A stretch of 64,000 bases of DNA. Origin: Gemmatimonadales bacterium (GTDB taxonomy: Bacteria; Gemmatimonadota; Gemmatimonadetes; Gemmatimonadales; GWC2-71-9). Position numbers and translations under genes: made by a program. Below are positions 55,130-64,000 of the stretch, piece by piece; positions within the stretch are counted from its first letter, which is position 1; every line of letters begins with the position of its first letter. Location of the stretch: the NCBI GenBank assembly GCA_041615815.1, contig JBFJCP010000006.1, forward strand, positions 1 through 64,000, read 5' to 3'. The notes beneath the pieces were generated by a model. The model was not told the DNA's origin. It did not search any database and was given only the letters and a program-made list of their open reading frames with translations.

Positions 55130-55726
55130 CTACTCGCCCCGCGCCGCACTGCCGACACGGCGCTGGCTCCGGCGGCGGGCGATCCACGAAAGGGTGGCGA
55201 GGCCAATCAACGCCAGCACGCCCAGCTCCGCGATGCGGTTGGTAGTCCACATACCGTGGCGCGAGGGCGGTCGCACGAAGCTCGGAAGACTGCTTGGCGT
55301 AGCCATGGCGGCGGTCGTGCCGACTGCGGCGAGTCGGGGGAAGGTATTGTCGAGTGGCCGGCCCGGTGGCACCCCAGCGACGTGGATGCGAACACGTCCA
55401 CCGCCGGGAGTTAACGTCATGTCCGGGACCGGAATCGGGATCCGCGAGAGGTCGCCCTCCAGCTCGAAGGATATCTCGGCGCGCCCGGCTCGCGGCAGAA
55501 TCGTCACTCGCTGTAGTCCCGCAAGCGTGTCGGGTGCAGTTGTGCCCTCCAACATGCGCACCGCTTGACCCGGTAGCCGCATGAGAGACAGGCCAAGTGA
55601 ATCCGGTGCAGGGAGGTAGTATCGTGCGACGACCGTTGCCTCGCCGTTGCCAAGGCTGATCTGGATCACTGCCGAGTCCACCTGAGCCAGCGCCAAGACG
55701 GCGAACATCGCTGCGAGCTGTGGCAC
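55130..55726 (-). CDS. Hypothetical exported protein with C-terminal TM anchor and basic tail
   Basis: Hydrophobic N-terminus, beta-rich middle, LGVLALIGLATLSWIARRR; abuts the symporter gene. Confidence 0.6.
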   Translation of the reverse strand: MPQLAAMFAVLALAQVDSAVIQISLGNGEATVVARYYLPAPDSLGLSLMRLPGQAVRMLEGTTAPDTLAGLQRVTILPRAGRAEISFELEGDLSRIPIPVPDMTLTPGGGRVRIHVAGVPPGRPLDNTFPRLAAVGTTAAMATPSSLPSFVRPPSRHGMWTTNRIAELGVLALIGLATLSWIARRRSQRRVGSAARGE

Positions 55727-55800
55727 GTGCTACCGCGAGGCGGGCTCCCGAGCTGGAATCCCCTCGGCGGTCTCTTCGATCAGTTGAGTCACGACGGCCT

Positions 55801-56856
55801 TCAAGTCACCGGTCCGTTCGTACGTGCGAGCTGGCGGTCGGCGCTAGAGCCTTCGTCCAGCATGTGGTACGCATATTCGACTTCCTTACGGCTTCCTAGT
55901 TCGTCAACCACGTCGGCAATGAACCAATCCAAGATCTCGCGAATGAGATCGCGTGCAGGAACTTCTTTTTGTTTGCCGAAATCGATCAGTTTGCCGTCCA
56001 GCCCGTGGCGCACGGCACGCCACTTGTTCTCCTCGATCAGCGCGGCAGGGTAGACACGGAAGGTGGTGTTGGCCAAGCGCAGCTTCCAGAGCTTGGCGAC
56101 CACGGCCTGTAGCAGGGCGGCGATACAGACCGCTTCGTCCACACGAGGGCACACGTCCATGAAGCGGAATTCGAGGGTCTGATACCGGTGATGCGGGCGA
56201 ACGTCCCAGTAGATCTTGGAGCCGTCTGGAATACAGTTTGTCTGCACGAGCACGTCGAGCAGCTCGCGGTACTCGCTATACGACCGCATGGTCCGTGGCA
56301 CACCGGTTCTCGGGAAGTAGCGCCAGATGATGCTGCGGTACGATTTGAGACCGGTGTCGCGTCCCATCCAGAATGGCGAACTGGATGCGAGGCACAGCAG
56401 ATGTGGCATCAGGTACCGCGCCGTGTTCATGGCATCGATCAAGAACTCACGATCTTCGATCCCGATGTGGACATGCATGCCGAAAATCAAGAGTTGCTGG
56501 GCGAGATCTCCCATGTCCTTCTTGATCCCCATGTAGCGTTCGAGTGGCGTGATCTCCTGATCGAGCCAGGATGAAAAGGGGTGGGTCCCCGCCGCCACGA
56601 TCTTGAGATCGTTCTTGGCTGCCAGGCCCATGACCATCCCGCGGAGCCGAACGAGTTCCTCGCGCGCCTCCGCTGCGTTTTGGCAAACTGTACTCCCGAT
56701 CTCAACCGTGGATTGGTGAAGTTCGGGCTTGATCTCACGAAGGGTGAGGTGGTCATCGGAGAGAATCTCGATGATATAGGATGACAACTCGCCTGTGCCG
56801 GGGTCGACGATCTGGTATTCCTCTTCTATGCCGATGGTCAGTGATGGAGGTTTCAT
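55801..56856 (-). CDS. ybdK: Carboxylate-amine ligase (YbdK/GCS2 family); C-terminus frameshifted, homologous end at 55730
   Basis: TIGIEEE, GTHPF, FGMHVHIG, SSPFW, YWDVRP, LEFR, ENKWRA.R.G, SADRQL. Confidence 0.85.
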   Translation of the reverse strand: MKPPSLTIGIEEEYQIVDPGTGELSSYIIEILSDDHLTLREIKPELHQSTVEIGSTVCQNAAEAREELVRLRGMVMGLAAKNDLKIVAAGTHPFSSWLDQEITPLERYMGIKKDMGDLAQQLLIFGMHVHIGIEDREFLIDAMNTARYLMPHLLCLASSSPFWMGRDTGLKSYRSIIWRYFPRTGVPRTMRSYSEYRELLDVLVQTNCIPDGSKIYWDVRPHHRYQTLEFRFMDVCPRVDEAVCIAALLQAVVAKLWKLRLANTTFRVYPAALIEENKWRAVRHGLDGKLIDFGKQKEVPARDLIREILDWFIADVVDELGSRKEVEYAYHMLDEGSSADRQLARTNGPVT

Positions 56857-56931
56857 GTCATCATGGCGAAGGGGGAATGGCTGTCTGCTTCACATGACGA
56901 TATTCGCTGGCGTGGTGACATGTGTCAAAAC

Positions 56932-58272
56932 TCAAGGTTCTGCCGCCACACCCAACACGGATGTCAAGAGCCACCAGAGACCGACAAGCGTCACCGCAGC
57001 GGGAATGACGTAGCGAATCCACAGAAACAGCAATGGTGAGATCTGGTGTGGGCTCCCGCTGGAGAGCTCCGCCAGTGCGGTCCCCCGATCGATGGCCCAC
57101 CCCACGGTGACTACGGCAAGTAGCACGCCGAGCGTCTGCATACCGGATCCAAACGTGAGGTCCCACGGGACGAAGATGTCGGTGTTGATCATTGGTGGGA
57201 GTGAAAACAGAAAGACGACGCCTGCCATTGTCCAGACCGCTTGCTGTCGGGAGAGGGGGGTACTGTCTGTGAGGCCGGCAATGAGAACCTCGAAGGCGGC
57301 CACATCCGACAAGTAGGCTGCTCCAAGCAACCCGATGAAGAACAGCACTCCAAAGAGCCAGCCCACCGGAAGCGCTGCGAAGACGCTCGGTAGAGTCGAA
57401 AAGAGAAGTCCCGGACCGCTGCCGGGCTCGAGCCCAAATGCGAACACGGCGGGAAAGATGGCGAGGCCGGCCAACAGCCCGGCTCCCGTGTCGCCGATCG
57501 CGGTCCACGCCGCGTTGCGGCGAAGATTGGCTTCTTTGCCGAGGTAGGATCCGTACACGACCATGAATGTGCCACCGAGGGACAGCGAGAACACCGCTTG
57601 GCCTGTTGCCGCGAGGACCACTCGGGGAGTGAGTGCCCCCAACTCCAGCTTCAAGATGTACCAACGGACGCCGTCTCCACTGCCTGGGAGTGTGAGCGCC
57701 CGAACTATCAGAATTCCCAAGATCACCAGCAGCATGGGGACGAGCACACGACTCACCGGCTCGATGCCCGCCCGCAATCCCTTGAGCAGCACGGTGACGC
57801 ATCCGAGGATGACGAGTCCCGAGAAGAAGACCTGCAGCAGGAAGGAGCTGAGCTTGAACCCGGTGCTGGGTGGGAGGATGGCGGCGGGGTCGATCGATGT
57901 CCCGATCGCTCGCCCCAGCTCGGTGACGGCGTAGTACGCCACCCACCCCACGACATTCGTGTAATAGGCCGTTGCTGCCGTCACGACGAAAAAGAAGAAC
58001 CAACCAACGTAGCGTCCCCAGGGCAAACCGGCCCGCTCGAAGGCGCCAACCGGTCCCCGGCCGGTATGACGTCCCAGGGTCCACTCCGCCATCAATGCCG
58101 GGATCCCAATCGCGACCACGGCTACGAGGTACACCAAGACGAACGCGGCACCGCCAAAGCGGCCTACCATATATGGGAACCGCCAGACATTGCCCAAACC
58201 CACGGCTACGCCGACCATCGTCAACAGCATGCCAATGGTCGATGCGAATCCCTGGCGCTCCGCGTTTGTCAA
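56932..58272 (-). CDS. Sodium-dependent transporter (NSS/LeuT family)
   Basis: AVGLGNVWRFPY, GGAAF, QAVFSLSLG, GPGLLF; TTG start overlapping the cupin stop. Confidence 0.9.
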   Translation of the reverse strand: MTNAERQGFASTIGMLLTMVGVAVGLGNVWRFPYMVGRFGGAAFVLVYLVAVVAIGIPALMAEWTLGRHTGRGPVGAFERAGLPWGRYVGWFFFFVVTAATAYYTNVVGWVAYYAVTELGRAIGTSIDPAAILPPSTGFKLSSFLLQVFFSGLVILGCVTVLLKGLRAGIEPVSRVLVPMLLVILGILIVRALTLPGSGDGVRWYILKLELGALTPRVVLAATGQAVFSLSLGGTFMVVYGSYLGKEANLRRNAAWTAIGDTGAGLLAGLAIFPAVFAFGLEPGSGPGLLFSTLPSVFAALPVGWLFGVLFFIGLLGAAYLSDVAAFEVLIAGLTDSTPLSRQQAVWTMAGVVFLFSLPPMINTDIFVPWDLTFGSGMQTLGVLLAVVTVGWAIDRGTALAELSSGSPHQISPLLFLWIRYVIPAAVTLVGLWWLLTSVLGVAAEP

Positions 58273-58700
58273 CGGGTGGAGGGGCGCTCGTATGGAACGA
58301 TGTGTTCCCACTCGTCAGCGTCGGAGCGCGCCACGACGGCGACGACGGGCTCCGTTTCGCTGAGATTGAACACCTCGTGGGGAACGCCGGGCTCAATGAA
58401 GATGAAGTCGCCCGCCACGTTGTCGACCACCCGGGTCAGGCCGTCGCCGTACTCATGACGGACGTGGCCCCGCAGGATGTACAGCATGACTTCGAAACCC
58501 ACGTGGATATGGGCCTTGGCAACTCCCCCGGGGGGAATCGTTGCCACGTTCATGGACAGAGCCCGCGAACCGACGTTCTTACTGGACATACCAGTGCGGT
58601 ATTGGATGCCGTTCCAGTGACGCCATGGATCGCCGGCGCGGATGACGCTGATGCCGTCCCCTGGCTCCACGGGGCTGATGAGGTCCTCGCGAGAACTCAT
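58269..58700 (-). CDS. Cupin domain protein
   Basis: IPPGGVAKAHIH..E, GDFIFIEPGVPH. Confidence 0.85.
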   Translation of the reverse strand: MSSREDLISPVEPGDGISVIRAGDPWRHWNGIQYRTGMSSKNVGSRALSMNVATIPPGGVAKAHIHVGFEVMLYILRGHVRHEYGDGLTRVVDNVAGDFIFIEPGVPHEVFNLSETEPVVAVVARSDADEWEHIVPYERPSTR

Positions 58701-58959
58701 GCCCGACCTCGTAAAACGTAGTGATGGAGTGTGTGGTTCGAGAGAAGGTATTGGATGGGCGAGAGAGGGGAAGACGGCGCCCCAAAGGCGCCGTGGTGCT
58801 GCCCATCCTGGCCTTCGGTGGCGCCGCCCTCGTCGCGATGCCTTGGATCTCTCCGATCCGATGCGGTGCCATCTCTTTCTTCCGATGCACCGGATGCGTC
58901 GGACTATCCGACTCCGTGCATACAGGTGAATAGTGTATGTCAGCTAAACTCGCGGAAGC

Positions 58960-59409
58960 CTAGGCTGCTTCGAGCGCCGATGTGCAGTGCCCGCAGCGCG
59001 ATGCGTTGATGGGGATTTTCATCTTGCAGTAGGGGCAGTCTTTCGTCGTGGGCGCGGGCGCCTCCTCTTTCTTCTGCATGCGGACCATGACCCGGACCAC
59101 GAGGAACATCGCAAGGGCGACAATCACGAATGCGATGACGTTATCCATGAATACGCCCCAACTGATGACCACGGCACCGGCCTCCTGCGCGTCGGCGAGG
59201 GTCGAATAGGGGCCCATGGGATCTCCTGATTTGAGCATCAAGAACAGATTCGAGAAGTCGACGTTCCCCAATGCCATGCCCACCGGTGGCATGAGAACGT
59301 CGGACACCAACGACTTGACTACCGTACCAAACGCGGCGCCAATGATGATGCCCACCGCCATGTCTACCACGTTGCCGCGGAGGGCAAAATCCTTGAAGTC
59401 TTTTAGCAT
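58960..59409 (-). CDS. mscL: Large-conductance mechanosensitive channel with C-terminal Cys4 ribbon
   Basis: FKDFALRGNVVDMAVGIIIGAAF, DVLMPP; tail CPYC..CGHC. Confidence 0.93.
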   Translation of the reverse strand: MLKDFKDFALRGNVVDMAVGIIIGAAFGTVVKSLVSDVLMPPVGMALGNVDFSNLFLMLKSGDPMGPYSTLADAQEAGAVVISWGVFMDNVIAFVIVALAMFLVVRVMVRMQKKEEAPAPTTKDCPYCKMKIPINASRCGHCTSALEAA

Positions 59410-60063
59410 TGTTCGACTCCCTTCGAGGTGTTCAATCCAGGATCCCGAGAATTGCTCGGTCCGCCGTCCCCGTAGGCCGGTCAGGACCTGCGGAGCCAGG
59501 ACACCCATCGTGCAGGTCCGTCGATCCCGTGCCGGATGCCCCGCGGCACGATTCACGAATACAACCTAGCCGACGCGCATCGAACTCACCCGGCTCGGCG
59601 AGTCGGTGTCGGGCCCGCTGTTGAGGATCTCGGGCGCCTCAAGGATCGTGTCGAAGATCACCAGCAGCGGGTGCAAGTCATCGACAGAGACCGTCCGGTT
59701 CCGACGTGAGCATGACAGCAGGCTCGGCCATGTGCAAGTCGACGGTTCAGCGGGACGTCGAGGTTCGTTGTAACCCGACGGTCATGGCTGGCGCCATCTT
59801 GGCCGCGCGCGGCCTGCATTCGAACCACGACTGCCCTCGAGCAGCGGTATTCCTTGAGTCGTGAAGTCGGAACCGGGGGGCTGCGCACCGGCCTACCCGC
59901 TCCTGGCCGGTCCATGGTCGGTGTGCGGGTAACGCGATCGGGTGATACACTTCTCACCACGGTCGAGGCAGATGGTCCCCGGGGCGTCTCCCCGCGGCCT
60001 GGCGGGTCTCGACCCAAACACCGGAATCCGTTGTCACGAAATGGGTTAGACTTGTGTGTGCGC

Positions 60064-60079
60064 GGGCACTTCCGTTGCC
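60064..60079 (+). promoter_or_regulatory. Putative sigma-54 promoter upstream of the DUF481 gene
   Basis: GGGCAC-TTCCG-TTGC, GG-N10-GC, ~65 nt before the ATG. Confidence 0.45.
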
Positions 60080-60145
60080 CTTGAGAGGCGTGAGAGCGGG
60101 CTTTGAAGTCCGTCTCGCGCAAGCCCCAACATGAGAGGAATTCGA

Positions 60146-61213
60146 ATGAAGGTTTGGTTGCACGCTGTGCTCGTCTGTGCCCTCATCGGTGGCGTCACCG
60201 TGGGGGTCGAGGCGCAGCAAACACTGGTATTGGAAAACGGAGACCGGCTGACCGGCCAGCTCAAGAGTATCGGCGGTGGGCGTTGGGTGTTTGCCCATCC
60301 CGGGGGCGAGGTAACCGTGGCGGCCGCCAATGTCACCTCCTTCACGACGAGCGAACCGCTGGGACTCCGGCTAGGTGATGGGACGATTCTCGCTGCGTCG
60401 GTTACGACCGTTGGGACCGCTCTTCGTCTCACCGCAGCAGACGGGACGACGAGGACCGTAGCACCGAGCGATCTGGCTGCGGTCGGGGACCCCGCCAATC
60501 TCGCAGCGCTCGAGCCGCTCGAGATCGGCTATTTCAGCCCCTTGGGCATGTTCTGGGGCGCCACGGCGAGTCTGGGATTCTCGGACAAGAGCGGGAACAG
60601 CCGTTCACGTGGCCTCTCTCTCGCCCTGGAAGTGGGGCGGCGAAGCCCGAAGGACCGTCTCACGTTCAAGGCGGGGCTGGCGCGTGAGGAGGCTCGTCTC
60701 CAGGGCAACGACTTCGAAACCACCGTGGAAAAGTACTTTGGATCGCTCAGGCTGGACGTGTTCATTGGGCCGAGGTTCTTCGTATTCGGTGTGACAGGGC
60801 AGGAGCGTGATCAGTTCCAGGACATCGATCTCCGCTCGACGTACAACGCAGGCCTTGGATATCAAATTCTGGCGACGGACCTCACGGACCTGCGGTGGTA
60901 CGCCTCCGGTGGTGTCCGATCGGAGAATTTCACTTCGGGCGGGAGTACCTCGACGGGCGTTCTCGCCACTGGAGCGGCGGTTCAGCAGTCGATTGGGCCG
61001 GCGGTGTTCAGTTGGACGGGAGACTTTGCGCCGAGCGTTGAGAACTTCCGGGACTATCGGTTCGTCTCCGACGCGAGCCTCACGACGACGGTATACAAGG
61101 GTCTCGGGTTTCGCATCGGCCTGCGTAACGAACTGAACAACAATCCCCGTCCAGGAGTAGAAAAGCACGACATGCTCGTCACCACGACGCTGACCTATAC
61201 GATTGGACGGTAG
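60146..61213 (+). CDS. DUF481/YdiY-like outer-membrane beta-barrel protein
   Basis: Signal peptide, LENGDRLTG N-domain, SGNS, ERDQFQDIDLR, GLGYQ, terminal amphipathic strand. Confidence 0.78.
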   Translation: MKVWLHAVLVCALIGGVTVGVEAQQTLVLENGDRLTGQLKSIGGGRWVFAHPGGEVTVAAANVTSFTTSEPLGLRLGDGTILAASVTTVGTALRLTAADGTTRTVAPSDLAAVGDPANLAALEPLEIGYFSPLGMFWGATASLGFSDKSGNSRSRGLSLALEVGRRSPKDRLTFKAGLAREEARLQGNDFETTVEKYFGSLRLDVFIGPRFFVFGVTGQERDQFQDIDLRSTYNAGLGYQILATDLTDLRWYASGGVRSENFTSGGSTSTGVLATGAAVQQSIGPAVFSWTGDFAPSVENFRDYRFVSDASLTTTVYKGLGFRIGLRNELNNNPRPGVEKHDMLVTTTLTYTIGR

Positions 61214-61247
61214 GCCGTTGCGTGAAGGGGACCGGCGGGTCACAATG

Positions 61248-61275
61248 AACGAGCGGCGACGAGCCGCTCGTTTTT
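61248..61275 (+). terminator. Intrinsic terminator
   Basis: AACGAGCGGC-GACGA-GCCGCTCGTT-TTT. Confidence 0.72.
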
Positions 61276-61311
61276 GGTGCCGGTGAATGAGGGTGTTGAA
61301 TAGAGGGGGCG

Positions 61312-61710
61312 ATGGAGCTTTACGCGGGCCCGTTCGTGACCATACGCCACGACGCCGACGCGGGCCTCGTGGCGCTGGAATGGACCGCGAGGTCCGCCCA
61401 GATGGCACCTGCCGATTTCAAACAGGCGCTGGAACAATTTGTCGAGCATATCGAAGCAAGAGGGGCGCGTCGGCTTCTGGTCGATGTCCGTGCCTTTCAC
61501 TTCGAGGTCACGCCGGATCTTACGATTTGGCGAGATGAGCGGATCTCACGGCGCTACAACGACGCGGGCGTCGACCGCCTGGCCTACGTCGTCCGTGAGG
61601 GTTTCCCAGTGCCGCGGTACGACGGTAAGCCCCTGTCCAAGCAGGAGCTCTTTCGCACCCGGTTCTTTACATCGATGGCGGAGGCTCGCCGCTGGCTTCT
61701 CCGCTCCTGA
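61312..61710 (+). CDS. SpoIIAA-like (STAS/SEC14-like) small protein
   Basis: LLVDVR, W, RLAYVV, RFFTSMAEARRWL terminal motif. Confidence 0.65.
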   Translation: MELYAGPFVTIRHDADAGLVALEWTARSAQMAPADFKQALEQFVEHIEARGARRLLVDVRAFHFEVTPDLTIWRDERISRRYNDAGVDRLAYVVREGFPVPRYDGKPLSKQELFRTRFFTSMAEARRWLLRS

Positions 61711-61768
61711 CCGCTCCCGGGTTGTCCGAGAGTTGGACGATTCACCGCGGTCCCCCCACTGAACGCGT

Positions 61769-62155
61769 TTAGCGTCGGCGCTTCTTTCTCCGTTTGCTGG
61801 CGAGTTCCCTGGCGGTGAGGCTGGCGGCTGCCGTGAGGCCAGCCGCGGCCGCCGCGGCTCCGGCGCCCTTCAAGATATCCCCGGTCTTCTTGAGTCGCTG
61901 CTTCGCTTTCCGGCTTCGGGCCACCTGCTTCGCCTTCTGTCTGGCCTTTTGAACCGCCTGCTTGGCGCGCTTGGCCATTTTGGCCGTGGCCTGCTTGGCG
62001 CGTTTCGCGCCCCGAGCGGTTGCCCGCTTGGCTCGTTTCGTGCCTTTCTTGATCGCCTTTCGGGCGCGCTTGGCCGTCTTACGGGCAGTGGCCTTGGCGC
62101 TCTTTTTCACCGGTTTTCTCGCCCGCTTGGTGGCTTTCTTCCGTGCTGCAGCCAT
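61769..62155 (-). CDS. Lys/Arg/Ala-rich histone H1-like basic protein
   Basis: AGGGAGG RBS; AKRAK repeats; Ala-rich segment; KRRKKRRR tail. Confidence 0.65.
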   Translation of the reverse strand: MAAARKKATKRARKPVKKSAKATARKTAKRARKAIKKGTKRAKRATARGAKRAKQATAKMAKRAKQAVQKARQKAKQVARSRKAKQRLKKTGDILKGAGAAAAAAGLTAAASLTARELASKRRKKRRR

Positions 62156-62218
62156 CTGTTTCCTCCCTGTAGCGATGGGGTCCACGACACTGTGGCCGGG
62201 ACAATATAGCGCCGTCGG

Positions 62219-63529
62219 TCAAGTCCCTTCGGGACGTGAGAGCCGATATATGAGCAATGCGGCTCGTTTCGTGACCACGGGTAGGGAAGTGAGGTCGACC
62301 CGCTCCTCGAGAGTGTGTCCCCCCGAGCCCACGACACCCAACCCATCGAGAGCATCGATGTACGGCGCCACGAAGGACACGTCCGCCGCGCCGCGCCGTC
62401 CAGGATCGACCGCTTCAATGGAGCCATGCCCGAGGTCACGGTTCACGCTGTCGAGCGCCTCGAGCAATGCGTAGTTGCCCGGGGTCGGTGCCATGGGAGG
62501 GTACGAGTCCCGATAAGTGATGTCCGCGGTCGTGCCGGGAAGACCGCGGGCAAGGACGCCCCGCATCCGTTCCTTCGTTCGCTCCCGCTGTTCTACGGTC
62601 AGTGTCCGGAGGTCGCCCGCCACAGTCACGATTTGGGGTATGACGTTGGTCTTTCCGAAGGCGATACCTCGGGCATGGGCCGTATCGTAACTCACCTGCG
62701 TGCCGCCAAGCACGATGCCGGGTCCGAAGGTGAGATACCGCTCTCCTCGGATCTCTCCATAGAACGCGTTGAGGATTCGTGCCGCCTCATAGATGGCCCC
62801 AGCACCATACTCCTCTCCAAAGATCAGTGACGAGTGGCCGCGTTTCGCGGTGACCTCGAGGGTCCATCCGGTGAACCCTCGTCGCGCTACCGTGGCGGTA
62901 TGCAGGCCTCCGACCCCACCCTCGAAGCCCAAGGCGACATCGCATTGCTGGGCAGCCTCGATGAGATCGCGGCGCGCGACGGAGAGCGGATCGCCCGTGT
63001 CTTCCTCGTCCCCCGTGAAGGCGACAATGATCCGAGTCCCTTCGAGTGCCCCAGCCGCATGCAGTGCCTTTAGCGCAAAGAGTGCGACGACGTTGCCGCC
63101 TTTCATGTCCTCCGTGCCTGGTCCCCTGGCCACCGAATCCGTATGCTCGAACCGCTGGAAAGGACTGTCCTCCTCGAAGACCGTATCGAGATGGCCGATC
63201 AGCAAGACACACCGTCCGTGGCCGCCTTGGTATTCCGCGAAGAGATGCCCGGCCCGATTGACGGAGTCCGGCATCTCGATCCATTGCGTCGTGAATCCCA
63301 ACGCGTCGAGCTCGGTGCCGAAAACCTGCCCGACGACACGTACTCCTTCGTGGTTCATGGTGCCACTGTTGATGTTGACGACGCGCTCCAGAAACCTGAT
63401 CGCGTCCGCGCCGTGTTCGTCCACGTACTGCACGATCCGCTGTTCCGGTGGCGTCAGCGTTTGGGCTGGCAAGGGCATAGCGGTCCAACCGATGAGGGCA
63501 CCGGCCACGCAACCGGTAGCGACACGCAT
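62219..63529 (-). CDS. Secreted M20 metallopeptidase (carboxypeptidase G2-like)
   Basis: Signal peptide; NINSGT, GHLDT, DMKGG, DEE, GGH; start may be 63538. Confidence 0.85.
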   Translation of the reverse strand: MRVATGCVAGALIGWTAMPLPAQTLTPPEQRIVQYVDEHGADAIRFLERVVNINSGTMNHEGVRVVGQVFGTELDALGFTTQWIEMPDSVNRAGHLFAEYQGGHGRCVLLIGHLDTVFEEDSPFQRFEHTDSVARGPGTEDMKGGNVVALFALKALHAAGALEGTRIIVAFTGDEEDTGDPLSVARRDLIEAAQQCDVALGFEGGVGGLHTATVARRGFTGWTLEVTAKRGHSSLIFGEEYGAGAIYEAARILNAFYGEIRGERYLTFGPGIVLGGTQVSYDTAHARGIAFGKTNVIPQIVTVAGDLRTLTVEQRERTKERMRGVLARGLPGTTADITYRDSYPPMAPTPGNYALLEALDSVNRDLGHGSIEAVDPGRRGAADVSFVAPYIDALDGLGVVGSGGHTLEERVDLTSLPVVTKRAALLIYRLSRPEGT

Positions 63530-63613
63530 ACGTTCCATCCTTTCTGGGCCGATGTACAAATGTTACGGACACCGTAATCGGGCGGTCCTGGCCGATGGTA
63601 GCACCTGCGGCCA

Positions 63614-63991
63614 CTACGTGAGATCAACGTAGCGCTCGATATACCAGGTGCCGTCGCCGTCGAGGCGCCAGAGGACGAGATAGCGGCCAGCATGGGATGA
63701 ACGGCGACCGCTCTCGCGCCGGCGAAGGCTCGATGTGAACAGCCCATTTTCTACCGCCCAGTTGCCGGCCACGCGAAGTCGGCTTTTCGAGGGCACGAAA
63801 TCGTACTCGTACTCGTGGAAAAAGGGCTTGAGCCACTGCTGGACAGCTGTCCGTCCATAAATGGCGTCGAGACCAGGTGGAATCCAGACCACGTCCTCTG
63901 TGAGAAGCTGCCCGTACCGTTCCCAATCACCGTCGTTGACAGCCGTGACCCACGACTTCCGTCGAGCGATAATGTTCGCCTCGTCACTCAT
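63614..63991 (-). CDS. NTF2/SnoaL-like (DUF4440) protein; start may lie at or beyond the window edge
   Basis: AVNDGD, TEDVVWIPPG..IYGR, GRYLVLWR..DGTW. Confidence 0.72.
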   Translation of the reverse strand: MSDEANIIARRKSWVTAVNDGDWERYGQLLTEDVVWIPPGLDAIYGRTAVQQWLKPFFHEYEYDFVPSKSRLRVAGNWAVENGLFTSSLRRRESGRRSSHAGRYLVLWRLDGDGTWYIERYVDLT

Positions 63992-64000
63992 GGCGGCCAC

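Noticed and set aside
56861..58396. 511-aa alternative-frame ORF and many other long overlapping or antisense ORFs
   Set aside because: Shadow ORFs expected in high-GC DNA; Arg/Pro-rich, no motifs, and they overlap well-supported genes.
58780..58870. Glycine riboswitch call
   Set aside because: GGAGAG and CACCGAAGG are present, but the conserved CUCUCAGG segment and P1 closure were not found.
59658..60122. 154-aa minus-strand ORF in the mscL-DUF481 gap
   Set aside because: No recognisable motif or RBS, Arg/Pro-rich composition; cannot be supported.

Overview
High-GC bacterial chromosomal window. The gene content (many Hanks-type Ser/Thr kinases, a TIGR02999-type ECF sigma, 'ERLDFAERLL' small membrane proteins) suggests Gemmatimonadota; this is inference. 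About 57 CDS and two tRNAs (Ala-CGC, Gln-CTG); no mobile element or CRISPR array seen. The first 10.8 kb is housekeeping (nadE, mlaE/F/D split by an antisense mutY, rnz, tRNAs). The rest is accessory signalling and metabolic genes. The most striking item is a translationally coupled three-gene operon (41770-44947) behind a sigma-54-type promoter that encodes five cupredoxin domains: a lipoprotein of three Ig+cupredoxin modules, a predicted beta-barrel fused to an amicyanin-like domain, and a small cupredoxin lipoprotein. It is a candidate copper-based envelope electron conduit or copper-handling system. Other notable items: a ~125-nt four-way-junction RNA-like element upstream of ilvA; a GAF sigma-54 activator with palindrome and -24/-12 promoter facing dps-mscS; a frameshifted YbdK-like ligase; and an argE-hutF pair. 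All family names come from motif recognition by eye, not database searches.
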